Made by a program: the position numbers and the translations under genes
Shown here: in pieces, positions 38,487-47,796 of the stretch
Position numbering within the stretch: position 1 is the stretch's first letter
Layout: each line of letters starts with the position of its first letter
Assembly: GCF_002087085.1 (NCBI RefSeq)
Contig: NZ_MWQY01000010.1
Coordinates: forward strand, 124,001 to 185,921
Direction of reading: 5' to 3'
Length of the DNA: 61,921 bases
The notes under the pieces: model-generated
Databases searched by the model: none
What the model was told of the DNA's origin: nothing
The model's input: the letters and a program-made list of their open reading frames with translations, nothing else

Positions 38487-39140
38487 CTAGAGTATTCCGT
38501 ATTTCTCGAAGGTTTTTACAATACCCGCACCTGCACGGAGCTCCTCCCGCACAGTATTCTCTCCCTGTACCTTCTGCCAGGCCTTCTCAATCACCTCCGG
38601 AGCGATCTTGCCGGGAACGACTACCACGCCGTCTACATCGGCATAGACGAGGTCTCCGGGGCAGACCCGGATGCCCCCGCAGACCACCGGGATGTTCCGC
38701 TCCTTGCCGTCCATACGTCCCTGGCTGTCGTAGGGGATGAGCCCCCTGCAGAAGACCGGAAAGCCCAGTTCGGTAATTTCGTGATAATCCCGGGCACCCC
38801 CGTCGGTCACGACCCCCGAGGCCCCCCTTCCGACCGCCGCGTTGGAAAGCAGCCCGCCCCAGAAGGCGGAGAGGTTCTCTGCATTGCACTGGGCCACGAC
38901 AATCTGCCCCCGCTCAAGATCGTCGATGAGTTCCATCTCAAGCTGAAAGGGCTTTGCCGGGACCTCCGTGACGGCTTCCTGATAGATGGTAACTGCCTCT
39001 CCCCAGGCTTTCATGCTGTGATTCAGGGGCCGGATGGAGGGATCCATGCACTGAATTCTGTAGCCCATGGCGTCCATTACGTCCATGAGGACCGCGGAAT
39101 AACAGGCATCCAGTTTTTCCTTGTACTGCAGGTATTTCAT
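38487..39140 (-). CDS. RraA/HMG-aldolase family protein
   Basis: WGGLL, GVVTDGGARD, V.PGDLVYADVDGVVV. Confidence 0.88.
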   Translation of the reverse strand: MKYLQYKEKLDACYSAVLMDVMDAMGYRIQCMDPSIRPLNHSMKAWGEAVTIYQEAVTEVPAKPFQLEMELIDDLERGQIVVAQCNAENLSAFWGGLLSNAAVGRGASGVVTDGGARDYHEITELGFPVFCRGLIPYDSQGRMDGKERNIPVVCGGIRVCPGDLVYADVDGVVVVPGKIAPEVIEKAWQKVQGENTVREELRAGAGIVKTFEKYGIL

Positions 39141-39194
39141 ATACCTCAAGCATAGGACGGAATACCCGGATCTGCAAGGAAAAGCAGTTACGGC

Positions 39195-39419
39195 TCAGAC
39201 CTCAAAGATTCCCTGTATCTCTATTCCTGATTGATCCACCGCTTCTTTTGCCGCTTCGGAATCCGAAGCGGCAAAGCGTACGCAGGTTCCGCAGTCAGAG
39301 GAAAGATGTCGCGGGACAGGGACAAGTCTGCAGGGGATTTCCCGCTCCTTGAGCATCTTCTCGATCCTCAGGGCGTGGCTCGTTGAATAGACAAGCAGAA
39401 CGCTCATTGGAACTTTCAT
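39195..39419 (-). CDS. DUF3343 protein (putative Se/S carrier-like)
   Basis: STSHAL..EK, VPVPRHLSSDCG. Confidence 0.85.
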   Translation of the reverse strand: MKVPMSVLLVYSTSHALRIEKMLKEREIPCRLVPVPRHLSSDCGTCVRFAASDSEAAKEAVDQSGIEIQGIFEV

Positions 39420-40573
39420 TTCGAAGTTCCTGCGGCCAGGCTTTCCACTGCGCGTACAGCAGCGTCGATATCTTCATCGCCAGTAAAAGCCCCGACAGAC
39501 ATGCGGACGGTGCCGGAAGGAAAGGTGCCGATGGTTCTATGGGCCGAGGGAGCACAGTGCAGACCGACCCGGGTAAGTATGCCGTAATCGGTATCCAGGA
39601 CCTCCCCCAATTCGGAAACTTCATGACCTTCCAGAGTAAAGGAGAGAACCCCCGTCCGCATGCTCGCATCCGCCGGTCCGTACAGAACAAGTCCGGGGAT
39701 ACCGGACAGGCCTTCCGCCAGGCGGGCAGATTGTCTCTGTTCCTCCTTGAGAATCACCTCCCTGCCCCTCTCCAGGAGCCACTGAAGACCGGCTCTCAGC
39801 CCGGCGATTCCCGCTGCATTGCAGGTACCGCTTTCAAAACGGTCCGGCAGGAACTGCGGTTGTTCCTCAGTCTCCGACCGGGAGCCTGTTCCCCCCTCTA
39901 TCAGGGGACTGACCTCCGTCTCCCGTATGCGGGATCCAAAAATCAGCCCCCCCGTACCAGGTGGCCCGTAGAGCGACTTGTGACCTGTAAATACGAGCAG
40001 GTCAATTTTATCCTTCTCCATATCCAGGGGCAGCACTCCCCCCGCCTGGGCTGAATCGACAAGAAAAACAGAACCCTTTTCACGGACGATAGCGCCGACC
40101 TCCCCGACGGGCATGATTGTGCCGGTAACATTCGACGCCGCAGACATGACCACCACATCGGCTTTCTGTCTCAAGGCCTTTTTCAGGTCCGCCGGGTCGA
40201 GGGTACCGTCCCGGCCGCAGGGAACAACTGCAAGCTCTATCCCCTCCTTTTCCAGGGACCTGAGGGGGCGCATGACCGCGTTATGTTCCATTCCCGTTGT
40301 AATGACCCGGCTGCCGGGTTTCAGGATTCCCTTCAAAGCCATGTTCAAACCATAGGTAGCATTATGGGTAAAGATTACCCGCAGGGGATCCGGTCCGCCA
40401 AAAAAATGGTTCAGGGCTTCTCGAGCCTCATACACGATCCGTGCCGCCTCCAGTGATAGACCGTGAGCCGAGCGTCCGGGATTTGCGCCGGTGCGGGTCA
40501 GAAAATCATAAACCGCTTGTGCAGTTCCGGCGGGTTTCGGGAAGGAGGTCGCCGCATTGTCCAGATATATCAT
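39416..40573 (-). CDS. Cysteine desulfurase / selenocysteine lyase-like class V PLP enzyme
   Basis: IYLDNAATS, GHKSLYGP, RVGLHCAP. Confidence 0.9.
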   Translation of the reverse strand: MIYLDNAATSFPKPAGTAQAVYDFLTRTGANPGRSAHGLSLEAARIVYEAREALNHFFGGPDPLRVIFTHNATYGLNMALKGILKPGSRVITTGMEHNAVMRPLRSLEKEGIELAVVPCGRDGTLDPADLKKALRQKADVVVMSAASNVTGTIMPVGEVGAIVREKGSVFLVDSAQAGGVLPLDMEKDKIDLLVFTGHKSLYGPPGTGGLIFGSRIRETEVSPLIEGGTGSRSETEEQPQFLPDRFESGTCNAAGIAGLRAGLQWLLERGREVILKEEQRQSARLAEGLSGIPGLVLYGPADASMRTGVLSFTLEGHEVSELGEVLDTDYGILTRVGLHCAPSAHRTIGTFPSGTVRMSVGAFTGDEDIDAAVRAVESLAAGTSK

Positions 40574-40779
40574 GCTTTGCTTATCACCATCCGGAAACCT
40601 TCGCCCTCTTCAGAGCTTTCTACTGTGCAGCCTTTTTTTTCAGCGATCCTGGTAACGTTCTCCCGGGAGGTTACCGTATCCACAAGAACGGAGAAGGGGA
40701 AAAACCCTTCCCTGATTGCATCGGTGGTCAAAATAACCGGTTGAGGACAGGAGAGTCCCCGGGCATCCACTTCCTTCAT
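40570..40779 (-). CDS. TusA/SirA/YedF-like sulfur or selenium carrier
   Basis: VDARGLSCPQP. Confidence 0.9.
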   Translation of the reverse strand: MKEVDARGLSCPQPVILTTDAIREGFFPFSVLVDTVTSRENVTRIAEKKGCTVESSEEGEGFRMVISKA

Positions 40780-41879
40780 ATTTTACGCTCCTTCATAGCA
40801 AAACCAATAAATATGCATAAACAAATCCCTATAAGAACCGCCGCCATACCGTAGGGACTCACTCCCCCGACCTGAAGACTGCCCCCGGCAAGACTGTCGG
40901 GTTTTCCTGCAAAACCAAAATTGTGAGAAATCGCCGCCCCTGCAATCATGCCAAGAACGAACACGGTGGAATCCCCGTCACCTTCACCGGATAGAATCAG
41001 CTGCCGCCCGGGACAGCCGCCAGCAAGGCAGAAAGCGAGCCCCGCCAGGAACATGCCGAGGAAATTCCAGAGATGATTCGAATGAGCCACAGGCTGCAGG
41101 GTAAATCCGAAATCAATCCTGCCGAAAATCAGGTTGACAGCGGCGGCCGACAAAAGAAGGGCGACAATGCCGCTCAGGAGATGGGTGTCCCGCATCAGGA
41201 GAACGTCCCGAACAGATCCCATGGTACAGAAGCGGGTACGCTGGGCAAGAAACCCGACACCCAGGGAAACCGCCAGGGAGATAACAAGCGGGGCACTCAT
41301 GGACCCGGGACCGGCGCTGCTGCGAAGGAGGGCTGGGAAATCTGCAACGAGCAATACAAGAAAGAGCAGCATAACAGCGGGCAGGACCAATCCGGCGGCC
41401 TGATTATCCGGTCGTGACCGCCCCAGAGTGTAGCCCGACCTGAGAAATGCGACTCCAACAGCGATTCCCGCCGTGAGACCTGCGATACCGACCACGGCGT
41501 TGAGGTCTCCCCCGGCAAGACGCAGCAAGGCCCTCCACGGGCAACCGAGAAAAGCAAGGGCGCCGATCATGGCAAAGATACCGAGTATGAAGCGGACCGC
41601 CGGAGCAGACCCCGATCTGGCTTTGAACTCACCAAAAATCATGGCAGCGATCATCGAGCCGAGAACGAAACCGGGGATCTCGGGACGCAGATACTGCACA
41701 ACCTCAGCTCGATGAAGTCCCAGGGCCCCTGCGATGTCCCGCTCGAAACAGGCAACACAGATACCCATATTGGCAGGGTTTCCCCATACCGAGAGAAGAG
41801 CAGCAAAAACTCCGATAAAGCAGCCTGTCAGAATAATACCAGTACGGGACGAGAAAAAATGTGTCAGCTTTTCTTTCAA
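40776..41879 (-). CDS. yedE: YedE/YeeE-family membrane protein (selenium-metabolism subtype)
   Basis: GNPANMGICVACF.RD.AG, LGCP, RFC, GGCPGRQ; TTG start with GGGAGG SD. Confidence 0.88.
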   Translation of the reverse strand: MKEKLTHFFSSRTGIILTGCFIGVFAALLSVWGNPANMGICVACFERDIAGALGLHRAEVVQYLRPEIPGFVLGSMIAAMIFGEFKARSGSAPAVRFILGIFAMIGALAFLGCPWRALLRLAGGDLNAVVGIAGLTAGIAVGVAFLRSGYTLGRSRPDNQAAGLVLPAVMLLFLVLLVADFPALLRSSAGPGSMSAPLVISLAVSLGVGFLAQRTRFCTMGSVRDVLLMRDTHLLSGIVALLLSAAAVNLIFGRIDFGFTLQPVAHSNHLWNFLGMFLAGLAFCLAGGCPGRQLILSGEGDGDSTVFVLGMIAGAAISHNFGFAGKPDSLAGGSLQVGGVSPYGMAAVLIGICLCIFIGFAMKERKI

Positions 41880-41939
41880 GGAAGATACCTCCCAATAGTA
41901 TGCGGCATCCTCCGGGACGGCAGAACAGACAATAGACTT

Positions 41940-42029
41940 TTACATTAATCTGCCTGACAAGGAACGGGAGTTTGCCCTGGATAAGACATCAACTGATGCC
42001 CGTGCATTTGCTCATGAACGGAGAAACAC
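41940..42029 (-). CDS. Putative leader peptide MFLRS-U-ANARASVDVLSRANSRSLSGRLM (UGA at codon 6)
   Basis: AAGGGGGT SD 9 nt before GTG; in-frame TGA at 42014-42012 followed by a SECIS-like hairpin. Confidence 0.45.
41984..42001 (-). promoter_or_regulatory. SECIS-like hairpin
   Basis: GGGCAUC-AGUU-GAUGUCU, after a 10-nt spacer from the UGA; GU in the apical loop. Confidence 0.45.
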
Positions 42030-42061
42030 GCCCTGGCTACCCCCTTATTATTTAATAATGA

Positions 42062-42090
42062 ATCCTAACATCAGTAAGATGAGCTGTCAA
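42062..42090 (-). promoter_or_regulatory. Sigma70 promoter of the yedE operon
   Basis: TTGACA-17-TAGGAT, implying a 5' leader of about 175 nt. Confidence 0.7.
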
Positions 42091-42142
42091 TGAAACAGTT
42101 TATTTCTCAATGAAAAACGCGGCAGATTCATTCAGGAAAGGT

Positions 42143-42979
42143 TTATCCCTTGACCGCGCCGGCAGTCATACCGGAAATGAGCTGTTTCTGTATAAAGAAG
42201 AACAGTACGATTACCGGGAGGGCGCTCAGGACTCCTCCAGCCGTCAACAAGCCCCACTCGATCTGGTACTCCCCGATCATGTTCTGCAGAGCGATCGGAA
42301 TGGTACGGACCCGGCTGTTTGTCAGGATAGCTGCGTACAGGTATTCATTCCAGGAGGTAATAAATATGTATATGCCGGTTGAGAAGATACCCGGCATGAC
42401 TACCGGAATAATGACCCGCACCATGGCGCCGAAGCGGGAACAGCCGTCAATCTGTGCGGCCTTGTCAAGATCGGTGGGAACGGCGTTGAAAAAACTGGTC
42501 ATCATCCAGGTTGAAAAGGGGATTGTAAATGTGGAATACGCAATAATCAGGGCAAAGTAGGTGTCCATGATGTTCAGTACTTTCATCATAATAAAGAGCG
42601 GGATAATCAGGAGCATGATGGGGAACATGTTGATTACAAGGAACTGCATAAGAAGATATTTTCTGCCCCGGAATTTATATCGGGAAAAACTGTAGCTGGC
42701 GGGTACTGTAAGGAAAAGCCCCACAAAGGCGGTAGTCAGGGCGACAATAAAGCTGTCCGCCATATTCGCTGCGAAATTCAACTTGCTGAAAAGACGCACA
42801 TAGTTTTCCCTTGTTGGATGCTCAGGAAAAAAACGAAAATCGGGGCGGTAGAGTTCCTTCTCCTGGGTTATGGATGAAATGAAGGTCCAGAGGTACGGTC
42901 CCAGGGCAAACAGGAGGATCAGAATAATCGGAAGATATATTGTGAATATTCGTTTAACCGGATGCTTTTTTGCCGTCAT
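42143..42979 (-). CDS. Carbohydrate ABC transporter permease
   Basis: KAAQIDG loop, SWNEYL. Confidence 0.92.
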   Translation of the reverse strand: MTAKKHPVKRIFTIYLPIILILLFALGPYLWTFISSITQEKELYRPDFRFFPEHPTRENYVRLFSKLNFAANMADSFIVALTTAFVGLFLTVPASYSFSRYKFRGRKYLLMQFLVINMFPIMLLIIPLFIMMKVLNIMDTYFALIIAYSTFTIPFSTWMMTSFFNAVPTDLDKAAQIDGCSRFGAMVRVIIPVVMPGIFSTGIYIFITSWNEYLYAAILTNSRVRTIPIALQNMIGEYQIEWGLLTAGGVLSALPVIVLFFFIQKQLISGMTAGAVKG

Positions 42980-42980
42980 A

Positions 42981-43883
42981 TCAGTTCTCACTCTTCAGAA
43001 TGCTTCGGATATACCCAAAAACAATGATCATGAGGAAGATGGTCAAAAAAACCGCCAGCGTTGAAGCATAGCCGAAATCCATACCCTTATATGCTTTGAT
43101 ATAGGAGTACACCGGCAGGGTGTATGTGCTGTAGCCGGGACCACCGCCGGTCATGATAATGATTATATCAAGAGAATTTGCCACCCAGATCGTTCGCAGC
43201 AGTACGGTTGTCAGGATTATGGGCTTGAGCATGGGAAGGGTAATCCGGCGAAAACCGGCCCATTTCCCCGCCCCGTCAATGGAAGCGGCTTCATACAGCT
43301 CCTGCGGTATTGCCTGCAGGCCCGCCAGAAGCATGACTGCAAAAAATGGAAAACCCTGCCAGATCAAGGCAAAAATGATTGCTCCCAGGGCGGTTGATTT
43401 ATCGGCAAGGAAGGGAATGAACTCATTTATAAGCCCCAGACGTCTGAGAATCTGATTAATCAATCCATAGTTGCCATCGTACATCCATCGCCACATCAAG
43501 GCCGTAATTACACTGGGAGTAACCCAGGGTATAAGTACGAGAGAACGGGCAAGACCCTGGCCGCGAAAGTTGTTTTTCAAAATCAAGGCCGTTACAAAAC
43601 CGAGGAGGAACTGGAAGGTGATGATCCCCGCAATCCAAAAACCTGTATTCAGTAACGAAGTATAAAAAAGGGGGTCCGAAAAAGCCTGAATATAATTTTC
43701 CAGACCGCTAAAGGCCTTTTCCTGAGGTTTGTACAGAATGTACTGCATCAGGCTGTACATCATGGTTCGGAACATCGGAAAAAAGACAACGGCCAGAGTT
43801 ATTATTATGGCGGGAGAGACAAGGGCATAAGGGAAAATATCCGGTCTGCGGCGTGTTTCCGTCACAGGCAACTCCTCTTTCAA
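42981..43883 (-). CDS. Carbohydrate ABC transporter permease
   Basis: LYEAASIDGA, MTGGGP. Confidence 0.93.
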   Translation of the reverse strand: MKEELPVTETRRRPDIFPYALVSPAIIITLAVVFFPMFRTMMYSLMQYILYKPQEKAFSGLENYIQAFSDPLFYTSLLNTGFWIAGIITFQFLLGFVTALILKNNFRGQGLARSLVLIPWVTPSVITALMWRWMYDGNYGLINQILRRLGLINEFIPFLADKSTALGAIIFALIWQGFPFFAVMLLAGLQAIPQELYEAASIDGAGKWAGFRRITLPMLKPIILTTVLLRTIWVANSLDIIIIMTGGGPGYSTYTLPVYSYIKAYKGMDFGYASTLAVFLTIFLMIIVFGYIRSILKSEN

Positions 43884-43957
43884 AGATACGGAGGGACTGC
43901 CGACACTCGAAGGATGAATCGGCAGCCCCGTTCTTTCAGGATTTCCAGCCGGACAGC

Positions 43958-45199
43958 TTATTTGGCGAAGTGATCTTCAATCGCCTGCATCATCTCGGCG
44001 CTGGTAATTTCACCTGCAAAAGCCTGCTGCATCAGGGCCGGCCACAGGGATTCGACGAACTCCGCAGTTCCGGGATGGGCAGGAAGGACGCCGGCAAAAT
44101 CAGCTGAATCAGTTGTAGCCTTGAGAAATCGATCGGCATCTGCCCTGGCATTGCTCTTGTTAATGGAAACCTGCCCGCTGGACTTCTGCCAGATGGCATT
44201 GTTTTCAGCTTCAGCGAGGAAGGCTGCCCACTTGAAAGCGGCATCCGGAACCTCGGTGGCTGCAAAAACCGCGTTTTCCTCATCGCCGAAGGAGGTCCAG
44301 TAGCCCTCTGTTCCCCGGGGTACCGGAGCAGCGGAAATCCTGTCGCCCAGGGCTTCTTCCATCTGCGCAGCACTTCCCAGATGATGTATGGTCATGGCGG
44401 TCCGCCCGGAAATCATGTTGGCGATTATCTCCTTAAAACCGTCGCTGGGTGTTGTGGGAGGACTCACTTTGTGCACCCGGTAAAGATCGATGAACCACTG
44501 ATTGGCCGCTATGGCCTCCGGTGTAGTCAGTCCTGAATTGCCGTTTTTGTCAAAGAACTGTGCGCCGCTTGAGAGAACAAAGGTTCCCCACCAGTCGTGA
44601 CCGCCCCGGGCTCCGCGGATACCAAAACCGTAAACATCGACAACACCGTCGCCATCGGTGTCCCGGGTAAGCTTTTTCGCTGCGTCCAGGAATTCTTCCC
44701 GGGTTTTCGGGACCTCAAGCCCCAGTTCATCGAACATGTCCTGCCGGTAGTAGAGGTAGAGGATTACCATCTGCAGGGGCATGTAATACTGTTTGCCGTC
44801 GGTGTACCTGGTAAGCTCCCAGACGTTTTCGTAGATGTCATCTTTTCCGTCCCAGGAGGCGATGTAGTCGTCCAGAGGAAGAAGAGCGCCCATTTCCACC
44901 AGCTGAGGCTGCCACCAGAGTTTTACCTGAGCTACATCCGGCGGATATCCTCCGGCAACAGCGGTAAGCAGTTTCTGGTTGTAGACATCCCAGGCAACCC
45001 GTTCCGCTTCGATTCTGATGCCCGGCTTCTCCCTTTCGAACTTCTCGATGAGAGGATTCAAAGCAGTTTCCGGATTATCAAAGTGATACCAGAATTTCAC
45101 CACCTGCTCTTCAGCTTCCGAGGCCTCGCTTCCTCCTCCCGCAAAAAGTGCCGGGCAGATCAGCAACAGAACCAATACAAGAATACTGGATTTCTTCAT
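43958..45199 (-). CDS. Carbohydrate ABC transporter substrate-binding protein
   Basis: Signal peptide, PPDVA, LYYRQDMF. Confidence 0.9.
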   Translation of the reverse strand: MKKSSILVLVLLLICPALFAGGGSEASEAEEQVVKFWYHFDNPETALNPLIEKFEREKPGIRIEAERVAWDVYNQKLLTAVAGGYPPDVAQVKLWWQPQLVEMGALLPLDDYIASWDGKDDIYENVWELTRYTDGKQYYMPLQMVILYLYYRQDMFDELGLEVPKTREEFLDAAKKLTRDTDGDGVVDVYGFGIRGARGGHDWWGTFVLSSGAQFFDKNGNSGLTTPEAIAANQWFIDLYRVHKVSPPTTPSDGFKEIIANMISGRTAMTIHHLGSAAQMEEALGDRISAAPVPRGTEGYWTSFGDEENAVFAATEVPDAAFKWAAFLAEAENNAIWQKSSGQVSINKSNARADADRFLKATTDSADFAGVLPAHPGTAEFVESLWPALMQQAFAGEITSAEMMQAIEDHFAK

Positions 45200-46152
45200 A
45201 AATCCCTCCTAGTTTTTTTATTCAGGACATGCCTGACGTTTTCACAGATATCCGAGGACGTGAGTCCGTATTTTTCCAGAATCTCCTGCGGCTCTCCCGA
45301 TTCACCGAAGGTGTCCTGGACTCCCACCATTGCCAGGGGAACAGGCGATTCCCGGACAAGCAGATCCGCACAGGCGCTTCCCAGGCCGCCTATAACGGAA
45401 TGCTCCTCGGCAGTTACCAGGGAACCGCACTCCCCTGCAGCCTTAAGAACAGCATCTTTGTCCAGAGGTTTAATGGTATGCATGTTGATGACCCTGGCCC
45501 TGATCCCTTCCCCGGCAAGACGGTCGGATGCTTCCAGAGCTGCACTGACCATCATGCCCGCCGCGATTATTGCCACATCCCCGCCGTCCCTCAGGGTAAC
45601 AGCCCGTCCAGGAACAAAGGGCGTTTCTGTACCGGTAATTACCGGCGTGGGGATTCTTCCCAGGCGCAGGTAGACCGGGCCGTTCATCTCTGCCGCTGCC
45701 CTGGTAGCCTTGTAGGCTTCATTGGCATCACAGGGCACCAGGACAGTCATCCCCGGAATCAGCCGCATGAGGGCGATGTCTTCGAAGCTCTGATGGGTTG
45801 CTCCGTCGGCACCCACGCACATTCCCCCGTGGCTTGTCGCAATTTTTACATTGGCCTGATTATATCCGACCGAGACCCGAACCGCCTGATTCGCAAGACT
45901 GGTCGCGAAGACCGCAAAAGTAGTTGTAAAAGGAACAAAACCGTCTATCGCCATTCCGGCGGCGGTGCCGATCATGTCCGATTCCTTGATCCCCATCTGA
46001 AAGAACCTTTCGGGAAAAGCGTTCTTAAATGCGGTCACCTTTACCGCATCCGTCAGATCGGCGGTCAGAACAACGATCTTTTTATTTTCCGCCCCAAGAT
46101 CTACAAGGGCATCACCAAAAGCTTCTCGCATTGCCTTGTTACCAGCGTACAT
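45196..46152 (-). CDS. Transketolase, C-terminal subunit
   Basis: MGIKE, DGATHQ, GPVYLRL, EEH; TGATG overlap with the upstream gene. Confidence 0.92.
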   Translation of the reverse strand: MYAGNKAMREAFGDALVDLGAENKKIVVLTADLTDAVKVTAFKNAFPERFFQMGIKESDMIGTAAGMAIDGFVPFTTTFAVFATSLANQAVRVSVGYNQANVKIATSHGGMCVGADGATHQSFEDIALMRLIPGMTVLVPCDANEAYKATRAAAEMNGPVYLRLGRIPTPVITGTETPFVPGRAVTLRDGGDVAIIAAGMMVSAALEASDRLAGEGIRARVINMHTIKPLDKDAVLKAAGECGSLVTAEEHSVIGGLGSACADLLVRESPVPLAMVGVQDTFGESGEPQEILEKYGLTSSDICENVRHVLNKKTRRDL

Positions 46153-47051
46153 CAGGCTGTCTCCCCGGCTTTCCACGCCTCCGGCAATGGGAAATCCTGA
46201 AATTTTTCCGAAAGACCAAGCGCCGTCAAGGCTTCGGCTGTCTGGATGTCTGAAGGACAGCTTCCGTGCCACTCGGCTTTGTCTTCCATAAAAGGAACGC
46301 CCTTTCCCATTTTTGTTCTGCCTATAATCACAGAGGGTAATCCCGACTTATTCCCGCAGATTTCCAAGGTTTCAACGATGGACGGAATATCGTTTCCATC
46401 GATTTCCACGGCGTGCCATCCGAAGGCCTGGAAGCGTTCGATCAGAGGATCAATCTTCATGACAGCGTCCACGGGTCCGTCTATCTGCAGATTATTGTAG
46501 TTGATGAAGACCAGCAGATTATCCAGATGATAATGGGAGGATGTCATGGCCGCTTCCCACACCTGTCCTTCCTGAAGTTCACCGTCCCCCAGGACACAAT
46601 ATACTCTGCCTCTGGATCCGCGGAGCTTCATGGACATGGCGATTCCATTGGCCACGGAAAGCCCCTGTCCCAGCGGTCCGGTGGAGGTTTCGACGATTCC
46701 CGGCAGCATCTTGCGCGCGGGATGCCCCTGCAACGGAGAGCCCATTCGACGAAAAGACGACAGACTCTCCAGGGACAAAAAACCTTTTCGGGCAAGAGCG
46801 GCATACCAGACGGCACAGGTGTGCCCGTTACTCAGAACCAGACGGTCCCGATCCGGATCATCAATCCTGGAGGGGTCTGAAGTCATCCCCCCGCCATAGA
46901 GTACAGCCATGAAATCCGCCAGCCCAAGGGCTCCGCCTATATGGCCATGGCCGGCATTCCTGATCATCCTGACTGTGTCCCGCCTCAACTGGAGAGCGAA
47001 ATCCCCCAGGGCTTCGTAATCCTTCAAAACAGTTTTTTTCTTTTCTTCCAT
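46152..47051 (-). CDS. Transketolase, N-terminal (ThDP-binding) subunit
   Basis: GHIGG, LSNGH, LQGHP, GDGE..EG..WEA, NN. Confidence 0.93.
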   Translation of the reverse strand: MEEKKKTVLKDYEALGDFALQLRRDTVRMIRNAGHGHIGGALGLADFMAVLYGGGMTSDPSRIDDPDRDRLVLSNGHTCAVWYAALARKGFLSLESLSSFRRMGSPLQGHPARKMLPGIVETSTGPLGQGLSVANGIAMSMKLRGSRGRVYCVLGDGELQEGQVWEAAMTSSHYHLDNLLVFINYNNLQIDGPVDAVMKIDPLIERFQAFGWHAVEIDGNDIPSIVETLEICGNKSGLPSVIIGRTKMGKGVPFMEDKAEWHGSCPSDIQTAEALTALGLSEKFQDFPLPEAWKAGETA

Positions 47052-47077
47052 TGACTTTTCCTGCTGCTCCTTTGGTA

Positions 47078-47767
47078 CTATGTCGGACTCCCCGGATCGA
47101 GTCGCCGTATTCTTGATTGCATCATGTGATTTTCCATGGCCGCTGCGGCTCCAGCGGGGTTCCTGTTTAAAATATTCTTCAGCACATCCTCATGTTCATG
47201 GAGGCTGCTTTTAAAGACCAGGTTCTGGTCCTCCTTGAAATTCTTGTTCATCGCTATGATCTCCGGAGTAATCTGGGTAATAAGAGATTCCAGAACCTTA
47301 TTCTTTGATGCCTTGACTATGGCCAGATGAAACAGATGATCTTCTTCCAGCGTCGACCGCTTCAACTTGAACGCCTGCTGGAAATCCTCGTTTGCCTGTG
47401 CAATCCTGGTGTGATCCTCTGAATCTCCCCTTTCCGCTGCAAGACGGGCGGAGAAGATTTCAAGGTAGGATCGGGTCTCTATCAGATCCTCCAGGGCAAA
47501 GGCGTCAAAATTGCGAATATTTGTGATCAGAGCATCCAGGGCAATCGGACGCATACCGGACAGATAGATCCCCTTCTGAGGCCGGATTTCCAGAACACCG
47601 TAGAACTCAAGTTTCTGAAGCGCTTTGCGGACGTATCCCCTGCTCGTTTTCAGTCTTTCCGCAAGCATTCGCTCGGATGGAATCTTCCCACCGGGTTTGA
47701 TAGTTTCAGCCCGGAGCATTCGTTGCAGTTCATGAATAATTACATCTACCGGATCATCTTTACCCAT
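47078..47767 (-). CDS. GntR/FadR-family regulator
   Basis: IPSERMLAE..SRGYVR.AL; FH..I..AS.N. Confidence 0.92.
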   Translation of the reverse strand: MGKDDPVDVIIHELQRMLRAETIKPGGKIPSERMLAERLKTSRGYVRKALQKLEFYGVLEIRPQKGIYLSGMRPIALDALITNIRNFDAFALEDLIETRSYLEIFSARLAAERGDSEDHTRIAQANEDFQQAFKLKRSTLEEDHLFHLAIVKASKNKVLESLITQITPEIIAMNKNFKEDQNLVFKSSLHEHEDVLKNILNRNPAGAAAAMENHMMQSRIRRLDPGSPT

Positions 47768-47796
47768 AAGCGACTCTTCGATATAGAATAACGCAA

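Noticed and set aside
37538..41879. Selenoprotein read-through within YedE, TusA-like, DUF3343 or C-GCAxxG-C-C genes
   Set aside because: All motif positions are ordinary Cys codons and the ORFs are full length.
41960..41986. SAM-I (CTTATCCAG) or c-di-GMP-I (GGGCAAAC) riboswitch in the yedE leader
   Set aside because: Only isolated words match; the remaining conserved cores are absent.
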